DNA of 64,000 bases from Pseudomonadota bacterium (GCA_043821645.1 JBDRCO010000094.1:70769-134768), one strand, 5' to 3'; positions 31,418 through 40,657 are shown, counted from the stretch's first letter. Notes: generated from the letters alone by a model not told the origin. Translations and numbers: made by a program.

Positions 31418-32503
31418 CTAGTTCAACGTGCCCACCACACCCTCGACGTACTCGCTCATGCCGAGCATTTCCTCGTCGGTCAGGCTCTGGCCCGTGCTCT
31501 TCCACACACTGCCATCCTGCTTGTTGAAGGGGCCATCGAAGACGTCGAAGCTGCCACTTTCAAGAGCGGTCCGCTTCTGGGCGACCAGGTCCTTGACCGA
31601 TTGCGGCACCATGGCGCCCCAGGTTCCCAGGCCCACCAGGCCCGATTCGATCCCACCCCAGTAGGCCTGCGAGGTCCAAGTCCCGTCGCGGACCGCCTTT
31701 ATCCGCTCCGCGTAGTACAGGCCCCAGTTCCACACGGCGCTGGTCAGCACATTGGCTGGCGCGAAGGATGCCACGTCGGAGTTGTAGCCAATGGCATACA
31801 CATTGGCGGTCTGGGCGGCGGTGATGGGGGTCGAGTCGTCCGTGTCCTGCAAGATCACGTCGCAGCCGTCCGTGATGAGTTCCTGGGTGCGCGCCTCGGC
31901 GCCGGTGGGATCGTACCAGGCATGGACCCAGCGCACATGCAACTCGACGACGGGATCGACGCTGCGCGCACCGAGTGCGATGGCGTTGATGTGGCGAATC
32001 ACCTCGGGGATCTGCACCGCGGCGGCGATGCCGATCTTGTGGGTCGTGCTCATGCTCGCCGCGACGATGCCGGTCAGGTAGCGCGCCTGGTACATGCGAC
32101 CGAAGTAGTTCGACATGTTGGTCGCGGTCTTGTAGCCCGAGCAGTGCTCGAAGGTGACATCGGGATGCGCGGTGGCGACGGCCAGGGTCGGATCCATGAA
32201 GTCAAAGCTGGTGGTGAAGATGATGTCATTGCCCGCGGTGACCAGTTCCTCGATCTTGGCCTGGGCATCCGCCGGGGTGACGTTCTCGATGTACGTGGTC
32301 ACCAGGCCCTCGACGGCCTGCTCGGCGTCCTTGCGACCCTGGTCGTGGGCATAGGTCCAGCCCAGATCTCCCGGCGGACCCACGTAGATGAACCCGGCCT
32401 TGAGTGCGTCATCGTCGTCGTCACCGGGGGGGGGGCAGCCACCGAGCAGCGACACACCCAGCCCCAGAGCCAGCACGGTGATCAGGCTCATCTTCTTCAA
32501 CAT
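31418..32503 (-). CDS. BMP family substrate-binding lipoprotein, copy 1
   Basis: ATG at 32503 after GGGAGG; LGGC; YVGPPGDLGWTYAHDQGR; FEHCSGYK; clear paralog of 26802-27890. Confidence 0.93.
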   Translation of the reverse strand: MLKKMSLITVLALGLGVSLLGGCPPPGDDDDDALKAGFIYVGPPGDLGWTYAHDQGRKDAEQAVEGLVTTYIENVTPADAQAKIEELVTAGNDIIFTTSFDFMDPTLAVATAHPDVTFEHCSGYKTATNMSNYFGRMYQARYLTGIVAASMSTTHKIGIAAAVQIPEVIRHINAIALGARSVDPVVELHVRWVHAWYDPTGAEARTQELITDGCDVILQDTDDSTPITAAQTANVYAIGYNSDVASFAPANVLTSAVWNWGLYYAERIKAVRDGTWTSQAYWGGIESGLVGLGTWGAMVPQSVKDLVAQKRTALESGSFDVFDGPFNKQDGSVWKSTGQSLTDEEMLGMSEYVEGVVGTLN

Positions 32504-32543
32504 CCGGTCCTCCCTGTGCCCAGCCCAACGGCGGGCACCCTTG

Positions 32544-33776
32544 TTACTCGTAGACAATACGCCCCTGGCCGACGCTCCAGAACTGCGCGCTTGCCGTCGC
32601 CACGTCACCGCGCGGGTCCAGGTCCACCGCACCCGTGGCACCCACGAAGTCGAGGTCCTGGGACTGGTGGACCAGTTCGAGGGCTCTATCCAGCTCGTCA
32701 AAGACGACGCTCTCGCCGGGAGGAGCGGAGACCTTCTGCAGACAGTCTGCGACCTCGCCAGCCTCGGGCCAGCCACCGGTCTTGACCCGCGCCTCCTCGT
32801 GGGCCAGGGCCCAGAGCAGTAGCGCATCGTGGTAGAAGTAGGCCGTGCGCAGGGGGATCTCGCCCTGCCAGCGCGCTGCGAACAAAGCATCGAGACGACC
32901 CGCATCCACCCCCAGTGCCGGCGCCACGCCGACCATGCCCTCGACGCTGCCGGGGGGCACATTCTCGACAAACAGCGGATCATCCAGCGATGAGGCGAAG
33001 TACCAGCGGCGGCCATGGCCACTGGTGGCCCATTCCTCGACGATTGCCGCCCCGGTGGCGGCGCTGGCGACCAGGACCACGGCCTCCACTCCGGGCGCGA
33101 AGGCAGCGGCGATCTGATCGGCGTAGGTGCGCTGTCCGGGCTGGTAACTGTGGATGCCGGCCGAGCGGCCCCCGAGAACGGTGAAGTGCGACTGCAGGAC
33201 ATTGGTCCAGCCCACGCCGAACTCGCTGGCCTCGTACAGCACGCTGATGGTGCGAACCCCGTCGCTGAAGATGCGCTCGGCGAGAGCGCGCCCCAGCACC
33301 GCGGCACTGGGCACGGTGCGGAACCACAGACCACCGTCGTTGGCATAGCTCAGCGCGGGCGAGGTGGTACCACCCGACAGACCCAGCACGCGTCGCTCGC
33401 GCAGCAGGTCCACCACCTGCAGGGCCAGTTCGTCGTCCTGGGGCCCGAGCAGGACCTGCACCTTGTCGTAGTAGACCAGATCGCGGGCCGCCTGCAGCCC
33501 GTCCTTGATCGAGTCCCGGGTGTCGCGGGCATCGATGCATAGCGGCTCGCCGCCCAGCCCCCCTGCCGCGTTGACAGACTCGGCGGCCAGGATGAGGGCC
33601 CGCTCAATGCTGGTGGCGGCACTGGACAACTCGCCAGTGAAGGGCAACAAGGCACCCGCCCTGGTGCAGGGCCCCTCCCCGACTGGACCCGTGCAGACAC
33701 AGCAGGTCAGCAGCACGCCTATCCCGATGCCCCACCGCCTTGCCCCCTGGCTCGTGCTGGACCAAACCCGCGGCAT
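32544..33776 (-). CDS. LivJ/K-like substrate-binding protein, copy 1
   Basis: AGALLPFTG...ESVNAAGGLGG; WFRTVPSAAVLG; DFVGATGAVDLDPRGD; paralog of 30166-31383. Start codon uncertain. Confidence 0.85.
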   Translation of the reverse strand: MPRVWSSTSQGARRWGIGIGVLLTCCVCTGPVGEGPCTRAGALLPFTGELSSAATSIERALILAAESVNAAGGLGGEPLCIDARDTRDSIKDGLQAARDLVYYDKVQVLLGPQDDELALQVVDLLRERRVLGLSGGTTSPALSYANDGGLWFRTVPSAAVLGRALAERIFSDGVRTISVLYEASEFGVGWTNVLQSHFTVLGGRSAGIHSYQPGQRTYADQIAAAFAPGVEAVVLVASAATGAAIVEEWATSGHGRRWYFASSLDDPLFVENVPPGSVEGMVGVAPALGVDAGRLDALFAARWQGEIPLRTAYFYHDALLLWALAHEEARVKTGGWPEAGEVADCLQKVSAPPGESVVFDELDRALELVHQSQDLDFVGATGAVDLDPRGDVATASAQFWSVGQGRIVYE

Positions 33777-33800
33777 CGTGCGTGAACCCCACCCGTCACA

Positions 33801-33816
33801 TGTGAGCGAGATCAAA
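33801..33816. promoter_or_regulatory. CRP/FNR-family-like operator TGTGA-N6-TCAAA
   Basis: TGTGAGCGAGATCAAA has one mismatch to TGTGA-N6-TCACA and sits in the divergent intergenic region ahead of the SBP-TBDR-YfiR-MCP operon. Confidence 0.4.
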
Positions 33817-33943
33817 GTTATCGATAGGCGTTTCGCAGGCCAAAGTCCATGGCTTTCAACCTGGTCCAGCGACGGGCTGAGCGGCTTGCACCATCTATCC
33901 TGCCATGCCAGGCTGGAGCGACGGCGAGACACCTGGAGACCCG

Positions 33944-34345
33944 ATGAAGCGACCGCGCCAAGCCACGCAGCGCAAGCTCCCACGCATCGTTCTCGCGGGC
34001 GCCAGGCAAGCCATGCGCAACGGCAAGACCCTGGGCAGTGTCCTCGATCTATCGACCGCCGGTGTCTTCATCGTGTGCACGAGCAAGCTGCTGGTAGGGC
34101 AAGAACTCTGGGTCCAGTTCGAGGTCCCGGATCCCGAGTCGCCCTCACGGCGCGTCAAGGTTCAGGTCCTGGGCGAGATCCGCCATGCCCGTCGAGGCGA
34201 ACACCGCGGGTTGGGGATCCGTTTCCTGCGCATGGAGTCAGCGGATGCCAGGGCCATCGAGGCGGCCGTTGCAGCCGCACAATCGAGCCAGCCAGAAGAC
34301 GAGGTTGCTGCCACCGGTGCCGCGAGCCCTTCGGAATCCCTTTGA
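33944..34345 (+). CDS. PilZ domain protein
   Basis: RKLPR (RxxxR) and DLSTAG (DxSxxG); GLGIRF; GGAG RBS. Confidence 0.85.
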   Translation: MKRPRQATQRKLPRIVLAGARQAMRNGKTLGSVLDLSTAGVFIVCTSKLLVGQELWVQFEVPDPESPSRRVKVQVLGEIRHARRGEHRGLGIRFLRMESADARAIEAAVAAAQSSQPEDEVAATGAASPSESL

Positions 34346-35031
34346 GCGTGGATCTGGTCCTGTCCAGCGGCTACCTGGCCTTTGCCCGCCACATAGGCGT
34401 GCTGCGCGCAGTCGAGGAACTCGGTCTCGATGTCCAGGGCGTGTGCGGTACCTCTTCAGGCGCTCTCATCGGTGCGCTGTGGGCGGCGGGCCTGTCGAGC
34501 GACGCTCTCCTCGACGAGATCGCACGCCGGCGTCCCCTGCAGTGGACCCGGCCCCACTGGCCACCGTGGCGAGGGCTGCTATCCCTGGCACCGCTCCTGG
34601 AGCGGCTGCGCGAGCAACTTCCGCCGTCGTTCGAGAATCTGCGACGACCCCTCGCCGTGGGAGTCGTCGACGACAGGGGCCAGCACGCGCTGCTTCACAG
34701 CGGCCCCTTACCCGAGGCCGTGGCGGCGTCCTGCGCCATCCCTCACCTGTTCGCGCCCATCGAGATCGCAGGGCAGACCTACAGCGACGGTGGGGCCCGG
34801 GATCGCATCGGTCTCGACGCTTGGCGTGCGTGGCGGGGTGAACACCTCGTGCTCCTGCACCTGGTGGAGCGCAGCCATGGACCATCGCATGGTCCCTTGC
34901 CAGAGAACGTCACGGTGCTGCCGTCGGCGAGATCCGGCGCTGGTCTGTGGTCGCTCGGGGACATCCCAAGGCAGGTCGAGGAGACCCGCTGCAGCGCACG
35001 GCGCCTGCTCGAGAAGGCCGCCCTCGCCTGA
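34342..35031 (+). CDS. patatin-like phospholipase
   Basis: LVLSSGYLAFARHIG, GTSSG (GxSxG), ASCAIP, YSDGG. Start is TTG at 34342 or GTG at 34348. Confidence 0.88.
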   Translation: MSVDLVLSSGYLAFARHIGVLRAVEELGLDVQGVCGTSSGALIGALWAAGLSSDALLDEIARRRPLQWTRPHWPPWRGLLSLAPLLERLREQLPPSFENLRRPLAVGVVDDRGQHALLHSGPLPEAVAASCAIPHLFAPIEIAGQTYSDGGARDRIGLDAWRAWRGEHLVLLHLVERSHGPSHGPLPENVTVLPSARSGAGLWSLGDIPRQVEETRCSARRLLEKAALA

Positions 35032-35048
35032 GAAGATCCAGCGCGCCC

Positions 35049-35249
35049 TCAGGCAACGCGAGGTGAACGCGCACCGGGACAGGTCGACCACAGGGCGCGG
35101 TCCGCCTCGGCCTTGGCCGCATCAAGATGTGCCTGCGCCGTGGCGAGGGCCAGGCGGGACGAGGCACTGCGCTCGCTGCGGTGGTGTGCCAGGGCCTCGA
35201 AGAAGGTCTGCTCGCTCTCGGTCAGCAGCTCGACGAGATGGTCCAGCAT
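35049..35249 (-). CDS. small hypothetical helical protein
   Basis: 66 aa ORF with GGGAG RBS, directly downstream of the PilZ gene. Confidence 0.45.
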   Translation of the reverse strand: MLDHLVELLTESEQTFFEALAHHRSERSASSRLALATAQAHLDAAKAEADRALWSTCPGARSPRVA

Positions 35250-35269
35250 GGGGGCGCTCCCTGGCCGGT

Positions 35270-35608
35270 TTACGCCGCGCGGCGCTGGCGCACGAAGCTG
35301 CGCAGCCGCTCGTGATCCTGCGGATTGATGTGGGTGAAGCGCACCGAGGTGGTGCAGAACAGCGCGTCCTGATCGACCTTGGTCACCAGACCGATCGCAT
35401 GAATGGTCTGTGGATGCATGGGCAGGCTGAAGGCCAGGCGGACCTCGCGCGAACGTCCCCGCACGGCCTGCGCCGTGGTCACGTAGCGCAGACCCCAGAC
35501 GCTCACGTCCAGGGTCCGGGCCTGGTTGGGAGCCAGCACGTCTCCCTCGGTCAAGGGCAAATCCACCTCGATGCGTGCGAAGCGGCGGCGGTCCCAGTGT
35601 GAGCGCAT
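35270..35608 (-). CDS. stand-alone PilZ domain protein
   Basis: RRFAR and DVSVWG; GAGGAGG RBS. Confidence 0.87.
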   Translation of the reverse strand: MRSHWDRRRFARIEVDLPLTEGDVLAPNQARTLDVSVWGLRYVTTAQAVRGRSREVRLAFSLPMHPQTIHAIGLVTKVDQDALFCTTSVRFTHINPQDHERLRSFVRQRRAA

Positions 35609-35761
35609 GACGTCCTCCTCATCCGATGGACCTGCGCTGTTCGTCGTCAGCAGGAGCCAGGTGGCTCCAGCAAGCGTCGCAGGTCACCCTGTGGCGACTA
35701 TGAGGGACCGCCAGCCCCCGGTCAAAAAAACAGCCACTTCTGGGCCTGATGACGACGCTAT

Positions 35762-36943
35762 TCAGGGCCAGCGATGTCTGGCGTTCGCGCGCAGCATGGG
35801 CGTGGGATAGAAGGTCGTGCGCCACTGGATACCGCCACGACGCCAGCCAAGAAGGCCCGAGCGAGCCACCAGCCCGGCGATGAGCAGACTGCCCAGAGGC
35901 GCCAGCACGGCGAGCCAGGCGGGACGCCCCAGCCAGCGCTCGAAGACAGCGAGAGACAGCAGGGCACCGCTGACGACGAGGGCGCAGACGACTCCCAGCG
36001 CTGGTCGGTCGGATACCAGCGCGGAGGCCAGCGGAGACCACTCGAGCGCCGGCAGCAACACCGCCATCGCGAGGGTACGCAGCACGCTGAAACGACCGAT
36101 GATCGCGAAGCCCCCCTTCTCCATGCTGCCCCGCAGTGCAGACCAGTCCGGGTAGAGCGCGATATCCATGGCATCGCGCGCATTGACGACGTCACAGCGA
36201 CCACCGGCCTGCTTGACCAGCGAAGCCAGCGCCATGTCATCGGCAACGTCGAGGCGGATGTGCTCGAGGCCGCCGGCTCTTTCCACGGCAGCGCGCCGAA
36301 CCAGGATGAAGGCACCGAGACCGGTGGCGATGCGTGAGCGCGGGTCTCGCGAGCGCCAGGCCTGTCCCAGAATCAGGATGCTGCGGGCAAAAAACGAGAC
36401 CGCGCTGTCCACCACCGGCCGGGTCTGTCTGAGCCGAGGCATGGCGCTGAGCAGGTCGAGATGCAAGGTGGTTGCGTGGGCCACGGCCCGTCGCAGGGAA
36501 CCTGCGGTCTGGTGCACGTCGGCGTCGGTGAACAGCAGCCACTCGCCCTGCGCATGTTGCAGCCCGATCTGCATGGCGTGCACCTTGCCAAGCCAGCCCT
36601 GCGGGAGTTGCGCCACGTGCACGGCCCGGATGCGCGGCAGTTCCCGGGCCATCGCGTCCAGCCGCTCGGCGGTGCCGTCGCTGGACCTGTCGTCGACCAC
36701 CACCAGCTCGAGCGCGGGATAATCACCCTCCAGCAGCGAGTGCAGCACAGGCTCCAGCGTGGCGACCTCGTTGCAGGCCGGGATGATCACGCTGAGCAGA
36801 GGCCACGTGCCCGGTGGCTCGTCCACGACCGCAGGCAGCACACGAATCTGCCGACGCACCTGGGCCACACCCACGATCACCGCGACCCAGTACAGGGCAC
36901 CCAGGCAGGCCGCGATGCTGGCCACGATCTCGGCCAAACTCAT
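35762..36943 (-). CDS. membrane glycosyltransferase family 2
   Basis: SVIIPACNE, VVDDRSSDGT, GWLGKVHA, LFTDAD, ADDMALA; N- and C-terminal TMs. Confidence 0.92.
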   Translation of the reverse strand: MSLAEIVASIAACLGALYWVAVIVGVAQVRRQIRVLPAVVDEPPGTWPLLSVIIPACNEVATLEPVLHSLLEGDYPALELVVVDDRSSDGTAERLDAMARELPRIRAVHVAQLPQGWLGKVHAMQIGLQHAQGEWLLFTDADVHQTAGSLRRAVAHATTLHLDLLSAMPRLRQTRPVVDSAVSFFARSILILGQAWRSRDPRSRIATGLGAFILVRRAAVERAGGLEHIRLDVADDMALASLVKQAGGRCDVVNARDAMDIALYPDWSALRGSMEKGGFAIIGRFSVLRTLAMAVLLPALEWSPLASALVSDRPALGVVCALVVSGALLSLAVFERWLGRPAWLAVLAPLGSLLIAGLVARSGLLGWRRGGIQWRTTFYPTPMLRANARHRWP

Positions 36944-37159
36944 GCTGCACCTCCCGGGTACGCGAGGTCACGGAGACCGCGTGCGAGCACATCGATGATG
37001 TCCTGCCCAGCTCCTGGGCTCAACCGGATTGCCCCGGATTCCACGGGCAGTCCGAGCATCGTCCGGGAGGAATCGGATCGTCCCACCACGGAAGCTCTTG
37101 TCGCAGTGCCCGGGAGCGAGGGCAGACGCGACGGCGCGGATGTGCGCTCGGGGCGACGT

Positions 37160-39877
37160 TCACTGCGGCCAGTTCGGGTTGCCGCGCAGCAGGGTCTTGA
37201 GCTCCGGGTTGTCCAGGACAACGGGCTGTCCATAGAGGCGCTGCAGCACGCGCATGGGTGTACCGGCATAGCTGGCCAGGTTGGCGATCAGGGTAGGCGA
37301 TGCGAACTTCTGGCCACACAGCAGATCGGTGACGTCCTCGTCGACAGGAAGCGCAGCAAGCAGCAGGCACTCACCCTCGGTCATGAAGATGAGCTCGACG
37401 CGCTGATGGGGCGGCAACTCGGCGTAGCGATCGCGCAGGGCGTACGCGGCAGCAACTCGGGACTCGTGTGCGAGGTCCTCGCGCACACACAGCTGATGGA
37501 GCTGCATCGCGGTCATGTCGTCGAGCATGGGCGCGATCATCGAGCCCGGCGCGGCAGGATTGTCCAGCAGGGCGACCTGCACCCGACTATCGGCGACGAG
37601 TGTGTCACGCAGCTGCAACTCATTCAGGACCTCGGGGTTGGTCTGCCACCGCGCCACCAGGCACGCATGCTCGATACCAAACGAGGGCTGACCGATGAGT
37701 TCGCAGATCACGCGGGGATTCGGGTCGAGACAGAGGGCGCGCAGCAAGGTCCCCTCGGCTTGGCGGACGAGGTTGAAGCGTTCCCGCAGGGGCATGGTGC
37801 GCAGGTCGTCGAAGAGAACCATCCCGTCCTGTCCGAGGGCCTGCTCGACGAGTTCGAGGGAGGGGAAGGGGTGGTCTGTCTCCTCGAGCTCGGGTCCGGC
37901 TGGCGGCTCCTCGATGGGCACCAGCACGAGATCGGGATCCTCCACCGGTTGCAGCTCGATATCCAGCCCGCTCACGGGCTCGTCGGACTCCAGAACATGG
38001 GTCTGCTCGAGGGTGATGCTCGGACCACGGGGGCGGCTGAAACTGTCCCGGCCGGCGTCCGCTGCGATTTTCATCATGTCATGAAGGGCGAGTTGATTTT
38101 CCTCCTCTTCATCCTCTGCACCGTATTCGTCGTCACCGTCAGCACCCGCAAGGGCCACCCCTCCGGCACTGACCACGACCTCCTCATCTAGCTGGGCGGC
38201 GGCGGCAGCAAGCAGGGACTGGATGTCCTCATCGTCGCCATCACCGGACGCGCTCGCCAGCTCGACCACGAACTCTTCCTCGTCAACCGCGGCACCACCA
38301 GCGTCCACCTCGAACGCGACGGCCAGCTCTTCCTCGTCGTCAGCAATCCCGTCACTTGGAACCAGCGGAATCTCCATTTCGTCGTCGTCGGCCCCGTCAC
38401 CCAGCACGAGGGAGATCTCCTCCTCGTCATCATCGTCATCACCTGGGACGTCCAGCATGACCGTGATCTCTTCGTCGTGATGACCGACAGCACCTCGTCC
38501 TGGTGACAGCTGGATATCCTCGTCGGGATCCTCCTCGCCGGTGATGTTGGAGGAACCGCCCCCGACACGAGTTCTGTCCTCGGGGTCCTCGGAGACCTCG
38601 CTGTCCCCAGTAGCTGGCAAGCCCTGCAGGGATCGCATCGCGTCATCATCCCCGGCTCCTGCCGAGGGTTCTAAGTGAGGAGTGATACCCGCCGAGGCTC
38701 GGGTCTCATCCTCGACGGAAACAGCCTCTGGGCCACGCCTCGCGTGCGGATCACGGTCCTCGTTCTCCATTTTCTGCAACAGCGCTTCGAGCTCTGGCGA
38801 CACGCTCACGTCGTCCGCATCCCGCAGGGCAGCGTTCGGATCGTCCTCACCTGGTCGTGATGTGGTGGCTGCCGCAGGCCCCAGGGCCCCGCTCCCCGGA
38901 AGCGGGACGACCTCGCTGTCCACCTCGACTCCGCCCCCGTCCTTGAGATCTCGCGAGCCATACCAGATCCCCAGATCCTCCTCGCTCGCCTCCGCCACAT
39001 CGACATCCTCGTCGTCGGAATCTCGGTCCTGGCCGGCTTCACCCAGGTGACTCCGTGGTGGAGGGCTGTTGACACCGCGCGAACTCGCAGGTGGAGGTGA
39101 ATCGAGCTCCGGAGACACCGCAAGAGCGTCGAGGTCGATCTCGGGAGGCGTGTCGCCATCGTCCTCCCAGTCCAGGACCGGCTCCTGGTCCGCGATCAGG
39201 TCCGCATCTGCCGTCGCGTCGCGTGGGAAGATAAAGGCAGGGCCTTCCGCGGTCAGGTCCGCAAGATCCGTGGGCACCGGTGTGTCGCCGTCGCTTGGCC
39301 AGTCCTCGTCGAGGGAGAGATCCGGGGGCAGGAACTCCGGAATCTGCTGGGCGTCCTCCATCGCTGCGAAATCCTCGGGAGAAGGCGAACCGACCTCTGT
39401 GGGCTCTGGCTCGCCGAAGCGGCCATCGCCCAGACCGAGATCTTTCAGCGAGGCCTGCTCGGTGCGGTCCTCTGTCGCGACCGCCGGAATGTCCATGTTG
39501 GTGTCGTCGTCCCAGTCGTCGAGATCATCATCGTCCTCCAGCGACGCGCCTGCGGAGATCTCGTCCGCCATGGGATCGATCGTCCCGGGCTCGTCGAAGA
39601 GTCCCTCGAGGGCCAGGCTGGCCTTGAGATCGAAGGTCTCGTGAAGCTCGGCGGGGGCCGTGTTGCCGTCGACCACTCCAAGAGCGACGAGGTGCTGCAG
39701 GGCGGCCACGACCTCCTCGTGGCTGCGATCACTGAGCTCGCGCAACTGTGCCAGCGACGTGCGGCCATCGATGAGCGAGAGCAGGTACGCTTCTTCAACG
39801 CTCAGATCGAGTGCGAGCGGGTCGAAGCCTGCTCCGAGCTTGGGTCGCCACTGATCCACGAATTCCTCGTCGCCCAC
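37160..39877 (-). CDS. highly acidic, largely disordered protein with N-terminal winged-helix-like module and C-terminal leucine-rich-variant (HEAT-like) repeats
   Basis: N-terminal LDLSVEEAYLLSLIDGRTSLAQL; several hundred D/E/P-rich residues; C-terminal repeats LCLDPNPRV, VALLDNPAAP, LRGNPN. Confidence 0.75.
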   Translation of the reverse strand: MGDEEFVDQWRPKLGAGFDPLALDLSVEEAYLLSLIDGRTSLAQLRELSDRSHEEVVAALQHLVALGVVDGNTAPAELHETFDLKASLALEGLFDEPGTIDPMADEISAGASLEDDDDLDDWDDDTNMDIPAVATEDRTEQASLKDLGLGDGRFGEPEPTEVGSPSPEDFAAMEDAQQIPEFLPPDLSLDEDWPSDGDTPVPTDLADLTAEGPAFIFPRDATADADLIADQEPVLDWEDDGDTPPEIDLDALAVSPELDSPPPASSRGVNSPPPRSHLGEAGQDRDSDDEDVDVAEASEEDLGIWYGSRDLKDGGGVEVDSEVVPLPGSGALGPAAATTSRPGEDDPNAALRDADDVSVSPELEALLQKMENEDRDPHARRGPEAVSVEDETRASAGITPHLEPSAGAGDDDAMRSLQGLPATGDSEVSEDPEDRTRVGGGSSNITGEEDPDEDIQLSPGRGAVGHHDEEITVMLDVPGDDDDDEEEISLVLGDGADDDEMEIPLVPSDGIADDEEELAVAFEVDAGGAAVDEEEFVVELASASGDGDDEDIQSLLAAAAAQLDEEVVVSAGGVALAGADGDDEYGAEDEEEENQLALHDMMKIAADAGRDSFSRPRGPSITLEQTHVLESDEPVSGLDIELQPVEDPDLVLVPIEEPPAGPELEETDHPFPSLELVEQALGQDGMVLFDDLRTMPLRERFNLVRQAEGTLLRALCLDPNPRVICELIGQPSFGIEHACLVARWQTNPEVLNELQLRDTLVADSRVQVALLDNPAAPGSMIAPMLDDMTAMQLHQLCVREDLAHESRVAAAYALRDRYAELPPHQRVELIFMTEGECLLLAALPVDEDVTDLLCGQKFASPTLIANLASYAGTPMRVLQRLYGQPVVLDNPELKTLLRGNPNWPQ

Positions 39878-40118
39878 GGGCGCGTCGACTGGGTCCTACA
39901 GTAGCAGCAATCACGGCGACGCACAGCGCCTTGAGCGCTTTCCGCATGCCGTGATTTGCATCCGTACACCGCGTGATCGATTTTTTTGGACCGGGTTTTC
40001 GAATGGCGCTGGCCGCAGCGGGTGCCACACCGCGGTCTCGGGCTGCTGCCTGGCGACAGCTGCGCGATGTCCAGGCACGAGCGTTGACACCGAGCGTGGC
40101 GGACCGCAACGTGAGTGC

Positions 40119-40385
40119 ATGCGCGACGCAGGAAAAGGTCTGACCCAGGCCAGGACCGAGGACCTGAAGAAGTTGCTCGGCGCTCTACACCGTTCACAGA
40201 TCGAGTTTCCCGTGGACATCACGGGCTTGACCCGGGTCGGCCTGCAGCACTGCGCCACCCTGCTCATGTCGATGTTGCGAGGCGTCGACGTCACAGGTGC
40301 CCGCGCGCTGCTGGTCTGCGTGCTGGCCGAGCGGGCGCGTGACGACAAGAAGGAACACCGTGCGGCGCCGCAGGATGCGGACTGA
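40119..40385 (+). CDS. small hypothetical protein
   Basis: GKGLTQARTEDLKKLLGALHR...LRGVDVTGARALLVCVLAER; amphipathic helices and high-GC3 codon use. Confidence 0.6.
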   Translation: MRDAGKGLTQARTEDLKKLLGALHRSQIEFPVDITGLTRVGLQHCATLLMSMLRGVDVTGARALLVCVLAERARDDKKEHRAAPQDAD

Positions 40386-40447
40386 TCCTCCACCGACGCC
40401 TCGTGCATCGGGACCGGGGTCCCAGTCCGCACGGGGGGCCCCACCAC

Positions 40448-40477
40448 AAAAAAAACGAGGCCTCGGGGCCTCGTTTT
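40448..40477 (-). terminator. intrinsic terminator after tRNA-Leu (possibly bidirectional)
   Basis: Minus strand AAAACGAGGCC-CCGA-GGCCTCGTTTTTTTT: perfect stem followed by a U-tract. Confidence 0.85.
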
Positions 40478-40482
40478 CAGTC

Positions 40483-40564
40483 TGCCGCGGGCGAGATTCG
40501 AACTCGCATGCCTCTCGACGCCACCCCCTCAAGATGGTGTGTCTACCAATTCCACCACCGCGGC
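40483..40564 (-). tRNA. tRNA-Leu(GAG), CCA not encoded
   Basis: GCCGCGGTGGTGGAATTGGTAGACACACCATCTTGAGGGGGTGGCGTCGAGAGGCATGCGAGTTCGAATCTCGCCCGCGGCA: acceptor stem, D-loop GG, anticodon GAG, long variable arm, TTCGAAT. Classic tpiA-secG-tRNA-Leu synteny. Confidence 0.97.
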
Positions 40565-40580
40565 ACGGGTGACCGCGGCT

Positions 40581-40609
40581 TTATTAGTGAATCGTGTGCA
40601 GGGCGTCAA
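40581..40609 (-). promoter_or_regulatory. sigma70-like promoter for tRNA-Leu
   Basis: TTGACG-N17-TAATAA, 16 nt upstream of the tRNA 5' end. Confidence 0.6.
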
Positions 40610-40657
40610 GGACTATGAATAGCGCGCGCCCCGAAGCTGGCGAGATCGAGCTGTTGC

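Noticed and set aside
34342-35031. CBASS CapV-type defence effector
   Set aside because: No CD-NTase or other cap genes are present in the window.
40386-40564. Genomic island integrated at tRNA-Leu
   Set aside because: I noticed no duplicated tRNA 3' end, adjacent integrase or compositional shift. The tRNA is followed directly by its terminator.
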